DNA from: Octopus sinensis
Lineage: Eukaryota
Direction: 5' to 3'
Assembly: GCF_006345805.1 (NCBI RefSeq)
Contig: NC_043000.1
Coordinates: 10,540,001-10,604,000 of the forward strand
Length of the DNA: 64,000 nt
The stretch's first letter is position 1. Each line of letters starts with the position of its first letter. This document shows positions 23,960 through 36,304 of the stretch, piece after piece. The position numbers and the translations under genes are program-made. Under the pieces are notes generated by a model. The model saw only the letters and a program-made list of their open reading frames with translations. It ran no database searches and was not told the DNA's origin.

Positions 23960-26600
23960 TGTTTCACTGGCATACACCATACTGCTGGATATCCCTTCTA
24001 CATATCAGGTGTGATATAGCTTTTTCTTGAAACGTGTCTTCTAAGAGTTTAGTCACTTCGATTCGAAAATAACAAATACAGAGTAGAATTGATTCTACAA
24101 GAACAACAATTTTTTTCATGTTGGTGCCACAATAAATAGCTATCCTCGTATATTTTAGAGGAGATGTATCCAACTCATCATCCAATTCTACACCAACACT
24201 TGGCACCTGGATTCTTTTATTGGAGTCGACTATGTTGCAAGCATTCAGACCAGTTTACTGATCTGAGGATAACATAGTCCCTTCACACGCTGATTCCAAC
24301 TATATCTTTTCTTGGGTATTACCACTAATCGTCAGATGGTACCAATAGGAATATTTTTTGGTGAAGGCTTATCACAGAATAGTTTGTACATAACTCCAAA
24401 CATACGGGAGGTAGCTCTATGATATAGGAAAACAGTTACCTTTTCTCTGGTTTGTGGATGGCGATCCTCTACAGCGAGCACAGGATTTGGAAAGGTCAAT
24501 GACTTCCTGCTGGGTTTCTCGACATAGTGATTAGTTTCTCTTTCTCCTCTTTCACCAACATTGTTTTTCTCACATCTGTTTGACATGTCAGAAGAACTGC
24601 CCCCTCAGCAAACTGTCCGAATCGCTCTGAGTTTTTAACAATAAAACAAATATATGTGGTAAAAGTATCATTATTTCTTTTGTGGCATTTGATGGAGCTA
24701 AAACTCCATAAAAAGCCTCTTGGCGTGATGACCTTTCGTTCGGGATGATAGAATTCGTAGAGGATCATTCAAAAGCAAAATGAAAAGCCGTTAGGGCATA
24801 TAAACAGTTCACCAATTTCACATGAAATAAGGATTTCACAATGAATTGTTAAAATGTTGCCATAAATTGCAGATATCAAAACCTGTATCAAGAGACAAAA
24901 ACATATAATTGAAGAAATGAAATTATTGAAGCTGAATTCTATAATGTTGCCTAGGATTTAGAACGTTGTGAAGAATGTTTGACTCTGTAATTTTGTATTA
25001 GATGCCATTTTTATTGCTTTTTCCCCCTCGACTTTAAGTTAAATGCTTATTTTCCTGATTTGTGGGGTAAGTTAAATTATAGTAATTTTTTATAACATTG
25101 TATTCTCTTAAACTCTGTAATGTAATTCCATCTTCAGTGCTAATCAAATAACTTAGATAGGAGACTTTTTAAACCGCGAAACAAGATTAAATGCTAGCAA
25201 TGAAATGTGAGATTATCAATGTAAATTCCATTGCAGGTGGTTAAGATGGTTATATCAACCATAGCTTGTAGGGATTCGAAGAGACAAAAAGTAAATGGCA
25301 ACTGACAGCACGAAGCTGACTTTATTTGGAGTGGATGAATCTTATAAACTGAATAAGCAGCATCAGATAAAATATAACATGATTCAAGGATACAGAACAA
25401 TGGAGACTAATCTTTCCATTGAATTAACAACTTAATTCCATTAAATAGTTGGTAAAGACTAAGTTTTTGCGAATGAATGTTTAAAAGTAGTCTGTAGAAC
25501 GATTGTGCGGAAGGAGAGGTGACGAAGAATGGCTCCTTTAATACACCGCACAGTCGCTTACGATTTATACAAAAAGGATAAATGAGTACAAATGCCAGAA
25601 AGAAAAGAAAGACGACACAACCAGTAGAAAGTTAAAGAGAAGATTTTATTTAGATGTTAACATGTGTGTGCGTCATAAGTACATACATAATAATAATAAT
25701 AATAACAATAGACAGACCGTCAAGTATACATAATGTATATGTGTGTGCATACAAATACAGAGCATTGAAAGAGTCTATAACAGGACGTTAGAAGAATGTT
25801 CAGACACAAGGAAGATAAATACCAGTTCATAGTAAGGTACGCAATAGTTGAAGTGCTGTAACAAGAAGTTGTGGCGAAGGAGCAGAGCCGGTTGAAGCAC
25901 ATGTCGTGTAAGAAGTTGTGGCTACTATGCTGCAGCCGGTCACTTGATACAGGAAGATTTTGCAGGTTGTATTTGCTGTTAACTATGGTGAAATAATTCA
26001 CAAACAGTGAGGAGATAGAAGTGGGTGTACGTAGGGAGATGTTGTTGGCGACGTTAAGATGAAGGCGACGGAGATGGAGGTCCTGGTACTGCTGGACGAA
26101 GTGTTGATGTTTCTCCATGTGGCTGCTGGTGTTGAGCTATCGCTGGAACTGGCTGTGTGCTCTGTGGTCAGTGGATAGACCTTAGAAGGTCTAGAACCAA
26201 AGACTTCGACTTGGTGTTGAAGCTAGCATTTTATAGTGAACTATCAGAGCAAACGGAGATTTAGAAGAGACTGCCTCACATAACCTTATCAGAAGGCTGC
26301 GTTTGGTTGGGTTGCACATAGGCGCGTAAAAGAGCAAGAGACAAATTGCGCTAATACCAACCAATCAGGGTAGTGGACACAACAGGGTCCAAACGGCCGA
26401 AGGCTAGCTGTTATCTAATACGTCCGTATTTGTGTATATATAACAGACAGAGAGAATTTCACTAAGCGTACGCTACAAGTCCTTATTCATTGTCACTAAC
26501 AAGACATTTGTTTCTCCGTCACTCGGCTCCTTAGTGGCATCATAAATATTCTTCATGTGACTACTTATGACGATAGATTCGTCTGCCAGGTTACTAATGT
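23960..26600 (+). pseudogene. Heavily decayed Gypsy pol (RNase H to integrase), split by a solo LTR
   Basis: NEKPLGHINSSPISHEIRISQ (DHKPL-like), HSL*GFEETKSK..ARS*LYLEWMN (integrase zinc-binding-like), PLNSW*RL.. just before the LTR. Resemblance is weak. Confidence 0.4.
25493..26477 (-). mobile_element. Solo LTR (985 bp), copy 2
   Basis: TGTAG...CTACA termini. 4-bp TSD AGTC (25489-25492 and 26478-26481). Colinear with copy 1. Confidence 0.85.
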
Positions 26601-27495
26601 ACTTGTTTCAGTGATAGATCTTTAATAAAACATTAGCAAGCCCTAGGTTAAGATTAGATTGTTGTTGTTGCTGTTTAACCCCAAACAGGGCCTCCAGACC
26701 CGTGAGGTCCCTTGTGCGTCTCTTACCCTGATGACGGCTTTACATCTACCTCTACTGTAACTATCCCTCACCACCATCCTTTCCCTTTACTGTGACTATC
26801 ATTCACTACGTTACATATCCGTACCATCAACATTTACCCGTAGTCGTCTTTGCAGTACTATAGCCATCACTACCCCCACTGGACAGATAAATGCACTTGA
26901 CCCTGATGTATTAATTAATTAATTAATTTGCTTATTTATTTATATACTTATTGATAGCAAGTCGCAACATACATAGGTGATAATTGGGTCCCAAGAACTG
27001 TCTGGAGCCCCGAGCAACAGTCCCGTGTGCCTATGCTTTAAGACGATACTAACCCCAATTCAACTGTAATTAAGTAGATCTATGATCAAAAACATTCCAC
27101 CAAAGACTGTTCTTGTCTTTCTTCAGTCATGGTAAACCCAGGACTACATTTTTTAAAAATACTTAGATCGTAGGTTGTGAGATTTAAGGGAGATTTGGCT
27201 GTTATTCAAGCCAATTCATTGTAAAAATTTCCCCGGTGGCTTGCTAGTAAAGCTAGATTTAAAGTTTGGGTCGAGATTTAGAGCTATGATCATGGTAAAA
27301 GTTAAGGTTTGGGTTAGAGGCTGCGGTCAGATTGAGAGTTAGGTGTTAAGGCTTTGGTGTTGTTTAACTCCAAGTCAGTCCTGATCAAGCAGAGTTATGA
27401 TCAAAAGCGATCCACTCGTGACCATCTTATCTTTATCGCATGTTCAAGGAGCCGAGGACCACACTATTCGACGTGCTTATCTATTTATCCATTTA

Positions 27496-27871
27496 CTTGC
27501 AGTATCGCCCGGCGTTGCTCGGGTTTGTTTCGACCCTTTAGAATTGGAATTTTTGAAAAGTAAAAATTTTGCATTGTGTAGCTTGTTATTCTCTGGTTGA
27601 AATACACCGAAAAATGGCGACGCCGCAGTAAAAAAAAATCATAAAAAATAGGGATTTTCATAGAAAAAAAAGCACCTGTTTGATGTAAATAATTTTTGGT
27701 GTTAACATGGTCCGATTTGAATTTTTCTTCTACTGAAGGAAGAGAAAGCCTTCTTCTATCATACTCTCAGTTTTGGTCAACTTGCGCCGCAGGGTCTCGG
27801 AGGAGATAGTGTTAGTTGAAGGCTACCAAACCTGCCATACTCAGACAACTTCAGCTTTATTTATAGAGAGA
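27496..27871 (-). mobile_element. Non-autonomous Helitron-like element, family B
   Basis: 5' A|TC. 3' hairpin CCCGAGCAACGCCGGG plus CAAG|T (CTAG variant). Homologous to 40253-40644. Confidence 0.8.
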
Positions 27872-28333
27872 TTTATTACTAAGTCTATGGTGGTGTTATT
27901 TAAGGGAGTTTTGACTGCTATTTCTTGCAGCGCAAATGGTTACGTAAGTGACTCATTTGCTCCTTTGTTGGTTCAAGGTTAATGTGTTGATTAGGTTTGG
28001 CGTTAGTTTAGTTTGTGTTTGTGTTAGGGTGTAAGTAAAGGTTGAATCAGATATAAAAAGAAAACAAAAGTTTACTGAGCTTTTCCAATTTATTAATATT
28101 AATCGCCTGAATAATTGATTGTTGCGCCAGTTCCTGCATTGTGCTGTGCAATCAACATTTATATCTGGCAAGTCAGGACAAAAGACCTGGCAATTTGTCA
28201 GGTATAAAATCGGTTCCACTCTTGACAAGTTCAAACATGAAACTTGAAGCTGAAGCTGAGGTGGAAAACGTTCTAAGTATTTCTATGTCAGCTGCCGCCA
28301 TTCCGATGTAGATAAATACTGGCCAATACGTAC

Positions 28334-28345
28334 GTGCACTCACAC

Positions 28346-28394
<49 letters not shown>

Positions 28395-28930
28395 CACACA
28401 CATGCACGCACGCACATACACATACACAAACATACATACACATGCGTACAAACCTGTGTGCTTTCCCATATGCTCATAAAAACGTGCGCGCATGCGGGTA
28501 CTCTGACGCATACGCACGCACATATACACCACTTACGCACCCGCAATGCCAAGGCACGCACGATAACTACACATACACATACACATACATTAAAATGTAT
28601 ACACAACATTCACACACATACAACCATACTCGTATAAACATGCCCTCATACATACACGCACATACATACAAACGGGTGATCGTCTGTATTCTCATACAAA
28701 CGTGCGCACATCCATCCACGTATATTTACACATACATACATACAATACCCACAAGTACGCACCACGTTTACATGCTCGCACACACACACATACACACATA
28801 CACAGCGTTCACACATATACCACATACACGCACACATACATATACATACACACAAACATAAAGCCATATACATATAGACATGCACACACACACACTCATG
28901 AACACGAATCACATATATATACACACATTC
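28334..28930. repeat. Long degenerate (CA)/(CATA) low-complexity tract
   Basis: Directly visible. Source of the HT/VC-rich ORFs. Confidence 0.9.
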
Positions 28931-29168
28931 GCTATCACAGAGGGAAATTATCTTGTACGCGATACATGTCAGATAACTGCAGAAAAATATTAGAAATAAT
29001 TAAATTCACTGCAGAATTGTAGAATTGGGCAAGACAAGTGTACTTCAGGCAATATCAGAGTTGACTTGGTGAAACCCCTTGCTATATGAAGCTTAGAAAC
29101 CCCTCTATTAGAAAACTTCACCAGAAGGATTTGCAAAATTTGAATACACGTATGCTTTTTAATTATTT

Positions 29169-29357
29169 GGGGTCTGTGAAGCCGGAAGGCCGCATCAGGC
29201 CCAGTCAGATCTGGCAGTGTTTTTTTTTTCTTCCGTAGAAACACTGCCAGATCTGACTGGGCCTGATGCGGCCTTCCGGCTTCACAGACCCCAGTTGAAC
29301 CGTCCAACCCATGCTAGCAAGGAAAACGGACGCTAAATGATGATGATGATGATGATG
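29169..29357 (+). mobile_element. RTE 3'-UTR fragment with 5' foldback duplication and (GAT)n tail
   Basis: 54-bp perfect inverted repeat (29169-29222 / 29239-29292), then ccaacccatgctagc...(GAT)n. Confidence 0.9.
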
Positions 29358-29478
29358 AATAGCATATTATAGATGCAGTTGTGGGTGTTTGGTAAGAAGT
29401 TCACTTCCCAACCATATGATTTTGAGTTCAGTCCCACTGTGTGATACCTTGGACGAGTGTCTGCTACAACACACCCCC

Positions 29479-30016
29479 AGGTGACGAGAATAGCTCCTTT
29501 AGTACACCACACGGTTGATACAATAAATGCGAAAAGGATAAATGAGTATAAGTGCTTGAAGGAAAAGAGAGACACAACTGGGTAGAATGTTTAAGAGAAG
29601 ATTTTATTTATATGTTAACATGTGTGTGTGTGCATCATGTATACATAATAATAGACAGGCCGTCATGTATACATAATGTGTATGTAGAAACATGGATGCA
29701 TGCTTGTGTGATGGCAGAAACGTTAGCATGCCAGGCGAAATGCGTAGCCATATTTCGTCTGCCGTTACGTTCTGAGTTCAAATTCCGCCAAGGTCGACTT
29801 TGCCTTTCATCCTTTCGGGGTCGATAAATTAAGTACCAGTTACGCACTGGGGTCGATGTAATCGACTCAATCCGTTAGTCTGTCCTTGTTTGTCTCCTCT
29901 ATGTTCAGCCCCTTGTGGGTAGTAAAGAAACAGATAAGTACAGAGCATTGAAAGAGTCTATAATATGACATTAGAAGAATGTTCAGACACAAGGATGATA
30001 AATACCAGTTTGTAGT
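29479..30016 (-). mobile_element. Partial third copy of the solo-LTR family (3' part), interrupted by a SINE
   Basis: Aligns with 25515-25830 on both sides of the SINE at 29712-29930. Confidence 0.8.
29712..29930 (+). mobile_element. SINE family 2 monomer
   Basis: Near-consensus head, GAGTTCAAATTCC box, tail gccccttgtgggtagtaaagaaa. Confidence 0.9.
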
Positions 30017-30399
30017 CAAATATTAGAAAAATATTAGAAATAATTAAATTCACTGCAGAGTTGTAGTATTGGGCAAGACAAGTGTACTTCAGACAATATC
30101 AGAGTTGACTTGGTGAAACTCCATGCTATATGAAGCTTGGAAGCCCCTCTATAAGAAAACTTCACCAGAAGGATTCACAAAATATGAACACAAGTATGTT
30201 TTTTAATTATTTAATAGCATATTACAGATGCAGTTGTGGCTGTGTGGTAAGAAGTTCGCTTCCCAACCATATGGTTTTGGGTTCAGTCCCACTGTGTGAT
30301 ACCTTGGACGAGTGTCTGCTACAACAGCCCCAATGGTGGTGGTGATGATGATGATGATCTAAATTTATTTACTGTCTTGTATTTTCTTCTATATTTATA

Positions 30400-30590
30400 T
30401 CTATAAGCATGTTTCTGAATGAATTACCTCCTCTAATGGTAGGCAACACAATTTATCGCTCTCTAAACTCAGAATGCTAAGGGCAAACAGTTTCTCTTGA
30501 GACACAGTGGCTCTCTGCTCATTACTTAATCTCTTTAGCTGTAAAAATGATCTTTTGCCTGAACAATTTATTACCATCAAATATAACGAG
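30400..30590 (-). pseudogene. hAT transposase C-terminal dimerisation-domain fragment
   Basis: KRSFLQLKRLSNEQRATVSQEKLFALSILSLESDKL..LEEVI matches SFSxLKRxKxxxRSTMSQERLxxLAILSIE. Confidence 0.75.
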
Positions 30591-30595
30591 AATTT

Positions 30596-30890
30596 ATTGT
30601 TTCCGGAGAGACTCATTCTCTTTTAGTACCGTATTAATTTAACACACTTACCGGTCTGATTTCTTATTTGCTTATTATTTTTTACTAAAATTTTTGTTGT
30701 GACTTGCAACCTTTTCAATAGTTGTTGATTCTGTCCATTATCAGAATTCCAATAATGGACAGAATCAATGACTTGGAAAAGTTGCAAGTCACAACAAAAA
30801 TTTTAGTTAAAAATAATAAGTAAATGAATAGAAATCAAACCAGTTAAATTAATAAGGCACTAAAAGAGAATGACTCTCCCTAGAGACAAT
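30596..30890. mobile_element. Foldback MITE (~145-bp arms, ~10-nt spacer)
   Basis: ggagagactcattctcttttagt... pairs with ...actaaaagagaatgactctcc. A half copy lies at 35755-35930. Confidence 0.8.
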
Positions 30891-31185
30891 AAAATATGCT
30901 TCAACACACGAATTCACATAAAGAATTTTGCAAACTGCATACAAAAACGAAATAACAATAATTACAATGTTGCTTTAACAGCAGAGAAAACTAAATACAT
31001 CTTGTTTTGTTTAGGACAAAATTATTCTTTTCCTGAATAATTTTGCATAACACAAACATAAAACACCTTACTTCACCTGTAAGGTTAATATTCTTTATTA
31101 TTTTGGCATAAGGCCAGCAATTTTGAGAGGTGGGACAAGTTGATTACATTAAGCCCAATACTTGACTGGGATTTTATTTTATCAA

Positions 31186-31405
31186 CCCTTTTGATAACAA
31201 CCCACCTGAAACTGCCTATGGCTCTGTACTACAAATGTCTTGTTTTCATAAGTTTTGAATAAAGATCTTCCCCCAAACCTTAGTCACAATTTATGTTCCT
31301 AACACCAGCTTAATGATAACTAAGTTATTTTAATAAATTCTTTGTTATATTTAAAGTAATTGAAAGAAACAGAGCATCACAAAATAAATACAGTAACAAA
31401 AAGAG
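31186..31405. mobile_element. piggyBac-type (TTAA) MITE family P1, inserted in a minus-strand family-2 SINE
   Basis: CCCTTTTG...AAAGAG|TTAA. Body homologous to 38722-38941. SINE halves on both sides (about 31100-31510). Confidence 0.7.
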
Positions 31406-31846
31406 TTAAAAGGATAAAAAGCAAAGTTGACCTCAGAGAGATTTGAACTCAGAATGTAAATACTGCTAAGCATTTTGTCCAATTCACTAACAATTCTGTC
31501 AGTTCAGTGCTTTTTGTAAGGCAACTATCAACACCGTTTGGGTATTCTTCAATCAAAGTTTCTACTACTTCTTGTTACTGAAGCTTCCAAATAAACTAAA
31601 AATGAGAAGTTGTTGTAACATAGTAAGTAGACTGCTACTTTTCTGCTGAAGTTTACTTCAAGAATATCTTAAACAGGAATGAAGAATTTCACAAATATAT
31701 CCCCTGGAGAAAGCTCTTCATCAACATCAGATGCTGATCTATTATTAGCTTGTTCTTTTTCGTTTGTCTATTTTCTGGCTTTCATTCTTTTCTTTGTACC
31801 GTTGTGTTCTTACATTAAGCAGTTTGAATTAAACACCCAGTTCCCC

Positions 31847-31915
31847 ATCATCATTATCATCATCATCGTCATCATCATCATTGTCATCATCATCATCGTC
31901 ATCATCATCATCATT
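31847..31915. repeat. (ATC)n microsatellite
   Basis: Directly visible. Confidence 0.95.
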
Positions 31916-31964
31916 ATATAAATGTCCACTTATATGCTTGCACAGGTCAGATGAAATTTGCTGA

Positions 31965-32355
31965 AATAAGGCGGCGAGCAGGCAGAAACGTTAGCACACC
32001 AGACGAAATGCTTAGCGGTATTTCGTCTGCCGCTACATGGCACATGAAAAAACATTCAAGCGAGGTCGTTGCCAGTGCCGCTGGACTGGCTCCTGTGCAG
32101 GTGGCATGTAAAAAATACCATTTGAGCATTGCCATTGCCAGTACCGCCTGCATGCTGGTGGCACGTAAAAGCATCCACTACACCCTCAGATTGGTTGGCG
32201 TTAGGAAGGGCATCCAGCTGTAGAAACTCTGCCGGATCAGATTGGAGCCTGGTGCAGCCATCTGGTTTGCCAACCCTGTCAAATTGTCCAACCCATGCTA
32301 GCATGGAAAGCGGATGTTAAACGCCGCCGCCGCCGCCGATGATGATGATGATGAG
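31965..32355 (+). mobile_element. Family-2 SINE head joined to RTE 3'-UTR fragment with (GCC)n(GAT)n tail
   Basis: ggcggcgagcaggcagaaacg head, then ggcgttaggaagggcatccagctgtagaaactctgcc...ccatgctagcatgg. Confidence 0.75.
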
Positions 32356-33094
32356 TGACCATGTTGACAGACCTCTCAATACTGTTGGAAATGACACTAC
32401 ACCACCATTTATAAAAAAATTGCAACATAAAATATCACACTTCACTACCAATGTTATGATGCCCATCTCTAGTAACTTTTCGACATTAACAAAGTCATTC
32501 TAGATCCCACTTTTCATACACAACTCCCAACATAAAGTATCCTCTTTCACAACACTTATTAAGAATCAATATGTTTACCAAGTTCTCCAAGAAGCCCCAC
32601 ATTCCTAACATAGTAAAAAGCCTATTTAAAAAATTGGTGTTTTTCTTGGGTCCATTAACCTTCTATTAACCCTCTACATATGCCTCAAAAAATTTCCGCT
32701 TGCATATCTTGAATGATATACTTCTTCACTGGTATCCTCAACCCTATTCTGGAGAGAACTGCCTTTTCAATGAAATAACTATCGTCAATGTTATCTTTAA
32801 GTCAATTCTAATGCATTTCCATATTCAAAAACCACAATGGTGTAATATCTCTTTTGTGTGATGTAGAACTGGGAGAAATGCTCCACAATTTGTTTCAGAC
32901 ATTATTTCTAATGTTTCTCTCAGCACATTACAGGATATTCATTTCAAACATGGTATAAAGCTGGAAATTTGGTGGGTTTGAGAGCATAGGTGATTTCAAT
33001 GATTCTAATCCTTTAATAATACTCATTTTATTGTTCTAAAATGATGGAAAGCAGACATAGTTGGACTTGAATGCAAAGTATAAAGAGACATAAT

Positions 33095-33406
33095 GGAATT
33101 GTTTGTTTGTTCCTTCATAAACCATGCCTGGCTCATAAGGGCCGGTTTCTCTGTTTCCTTGGCGTATAGGTTCCCCACCTGGATGGGACGCCGGTCTGTC
33201 ACAGGTGAGCTGCAAGATGCAGGAAGAAAGAGTGAGAAAAAGTTGTGGCGAAAGAGTCAGCAGAAGTTCGCCATTACCTTCTGCCGGAGCCACATGGAGC
33301 TTAGGTGTTTCACTCGTAAACACACACATCACCCGGTCTGAGATTCGAACCTGCAATCCCTCGACCGCGAGTCCGCTGCTCTAACCACTAGGCCATGTGC
33401 CTCCAC
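33095..33406 (-). mobile_element. SINE family 4 (tRNA-derived)
   Basis: A box TGGCCTAGTGG, B box GGTTCGAATC. Confidence 0.85.
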
Positions 33407-33587
33407 GACATAACGGAATACTGCATGATAATTCGTCTGATCCTCTTCTGATTTTGTCATCCATTATCCTACATTACAAATTTATAGGAATAAAAGGAAA
33501 ACAAGACCACTTACTTAGACTGTTTTTATGTAACCATGTTATTCTGTTGACAATGCTACTGATATCGAAGTATTTCTTCGAATTTTG

Positions 33588-34266
33588 GGATCTCTACCTT
33601 TTGACCTACAGATTTAAAAAATAATTTTTTGTAACTAAATACTTTCAAACTTCAGACACTGGTAGAATGTGTCATATAAAACATGTTTTACTCTTAGCAT
33701 TTTTGAGAAAAATTTATATTTAGGAAGTTATTTCATGTTAAAGTTCTCGTATTTCAGTAATTTCAACCAATCAATGACGTGTATTCAGCTGAATAAAATC
33801 ACTGCCATTGTTTATCAACAACAACTATCAGCAGTGTATTTTTCGTTTCTCACTGTTATTTATGACATTGTTTGTGCATTTGTACCGGTTTTAAGGTTTT
33901 AGAGTTAGGGTTTTAGGGTTAGGATGTTAGGGTTAGGGTTTTAGGGTTAGGGCTAAGGTTAGGATTTTAGGGTTAAGCTTAAGGTTTTAGGGTTGTCATA
34001 AATAACAGTGACAAATGAAATATACACTGCCGGAAGTTCTTGTTGACAGCAGTAATTTTATTCAGCTGAATACATGTCATTGATTGGTTGAAATTACTGA
34101 AATACGGGAACTTTCACATGAAATAACTTCATAAATATAAGTTTTTCTCAAAAATGCTAAGAGTAAAACATGTTTTATATGACACATTCTACCAGTGTCC
34201 GAAGTTTAAAAGTGCTTAGTTACAAAAAATTATTTTTTAAATCTGTCGGTCAAAAGGTAAAGATCC
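33588..34266 (+). mobile_element. TTAGGG-carrying foldback MITE, divergent subfamily (679 bp)
   Basis: Termini GGATCTCTACC.../...GGTAAAGATCC, long inverted arms, ~100-bp TTAGGG/TTTTAGGG spacer. 8-bp TSD GAATTTTG. Confidence 0.9.
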
Positions 34267-35532
34267 GAATTTTGTGTAAAATGGTCAACTCACACTAATA
34301 CTTTTGTAAAATGCTATTTAAAAGAAATGCTATGAGTTGATATACAGGATAGGAATGCTACATTATCCATGAAATATTCCAGTCACCAGTTTTTGCATTT
34401 AGATATTTTTGATTCTACATGAGGAAAATTGTAAATTATTGGTTTATATTTGTCAATGGCAAAGTACTTCAGATAGTTATTGTCTAGCTTGAAACATTTG
34501 TTTACAACAGACTTACAATGGCTTTTGCAAGTGACAATGGCTAGACAAAATATAGAAGCCATTACATAATTTCATAATTACGCTTATGAAAATATTGACT
34601 TTCATAAAGAAACAGTGGTGCACAAACTATAGACTTTAACTAGCCATTAATAGTTATCTACAATAGAAGTTGAACAAGAAAGAAAAAATAATATTACATA
34701 AATTTGCTGAAAGATTAGGATAAGACCTTGTACAAGAGGAACAAGCAACATGATTTCAATTTATAAGAGTAATTTTGAAAGTAAATAATTGATTTTATTT
34801 GACCAGAATAAGAGAAACCATTTCTACTTCCCTGTTAATGCCTGGTGCAGCCAATATTTGGCTAATACTGAAAAGCCATCATTGATTTTTTTTTTTTTTT
34901 ACAGACATTTCTCTGGTCAGATAAGTAAACATTTTCTTTTTTGTTTGCTACACATAACTCTCAACCAATGAAGTACTATTTATTCTTGAACAGGCAATCA
35001 GTTCATAATAGATTTTGGAATCTACTGTGCTATTCATCCAAACCTTATGAATGCAATTAAGGCATAATTGTTTATTAGACAAAATAAAAATTAAATTCTT
35101 TAAATAAAAGTCATTTTTTAGACACTGTGTTACAGTAGATTCTAGCATCTATACTATATGAAGAAGTGAAGAAAGCTGTTTATTAAGTAGTTATGCGTAT
35201 GTAACCTTTACTAAAATAAGCAATTATAAAAGTCTACACTATATGCAAAGTTCTTAAAAACTCCAGTTTAAATATATTTGTATTAAAGAATGGTTTTCAA
35301 GTTTCTTTTATTGCAATTATTATAATTCAATCAGAAAATTGATTTTAATTCACTGCAAGATAGCATTTTTTAAATCTTACATGGCAAGATAGCTTTTTTG
35401 TCGTCTTATTTCTTTCACTTTCTCTTTCCATCTCTTCTTTGTTTACTGCCTTTATTCCTATAAGTCTTTCTCTTGCTCTATCTTTGTAACTTTTCCTCTC
35501 TCACTCTTATCCTCAGTTTCTTTTCTTGCAAT

Positions 35533-35534
<2 letters not shown>

Positions 35535-35585
<51 letters not shown>
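35535..35585. repeat. (CT)n microsatellite
   Basis: Directly visible. Confidence 0.95.
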
Positions 35586-35588
<3 letters not shown>

Positions 35589-36304
35589 GCACTCTTAACT
35601 GTCTCTAGTCTCTATTCAGTTATTTTCATTGAGAGTAAGTAATTACAAAGATTTTCTTTGAGATGCTCATAGAATATTTATGAAAGTTTTTACACTCTGT
35701 CTATTTATCATATCAATATTACATAGATTTTTGTTATATCAAGTTTATTCAGTTGTGTCTGGGGAGAGTCATTCTCTTTTAGTGCCTTATTATTTAACAC
35801 ACTCACCGGTAAAATTTCCACTTATTTCTTATTTTTATTTTCTAAAATTTTCATTGCGTCTTGCAACCTTTTCAATAGTCTTGACTTTATTCAGTTATAT
35901 AGAAATATGTAAACCATGGTCCTTTGAATAATAAACGCTTTGGATTAATTTCTGCGCTTATATTATTGACTTTGCATTTATTGTTAGGTAATATATTGAT
36001 TTCATTTATCGTATTGGTTACAATGCAATATTACGATATATACTGAGTTGTTTCCGCAGAATTTTCCAATACAACATATAGTTGCAGAAAATACTCAAAG
36101 GATGTTGTTTCTGCTACTGTAAGAGGATTTTGCTTTTGAAATAATTTTTGTAAAAACAGTTGAAATGTAAAATTTCTCCTCCAGTTTTAACTGTGAATTT
36201 GAATTTTGATAAAACATTTTGAGACCATCCACTACATCAATTGTACATTACAATCTATGATAATCTTTTATTAAGGTGCTTTAACTCTTTGTTACCATAT
36301 TTCT

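Larger units (their letters stand above)
28981..30325 (+). repeat. Local direct duplication (~300-bp unit at 28981-29470 and 30025-30325)
   Basis: Both copies read agaaaaatattagaaataattaaattcactgcag...aattattt / aatagcatatta...ctgctacaac. The first copy carries an extra insert. Confidence 0.9.

Noticed and set aside
25720-26118. 132-aa ORF inside solo LTR copy 2
   Set aside because: Start codon and frame are not conserved in copy 1, and no motif is recognisable.
27240-27350. Degenerate telomere-like repeats (also about 28000-28040)
   Set aside because: Too irregular, with no TIRs, to link to the TTAGGG MITE or to call interstitial telomere.
30429-30539. Apparent AG/GT-bounded exon on the minus strand
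   Set aside because: The peptide is a hAT dimerisation-domain relic that extends beyond the splice-like sites.
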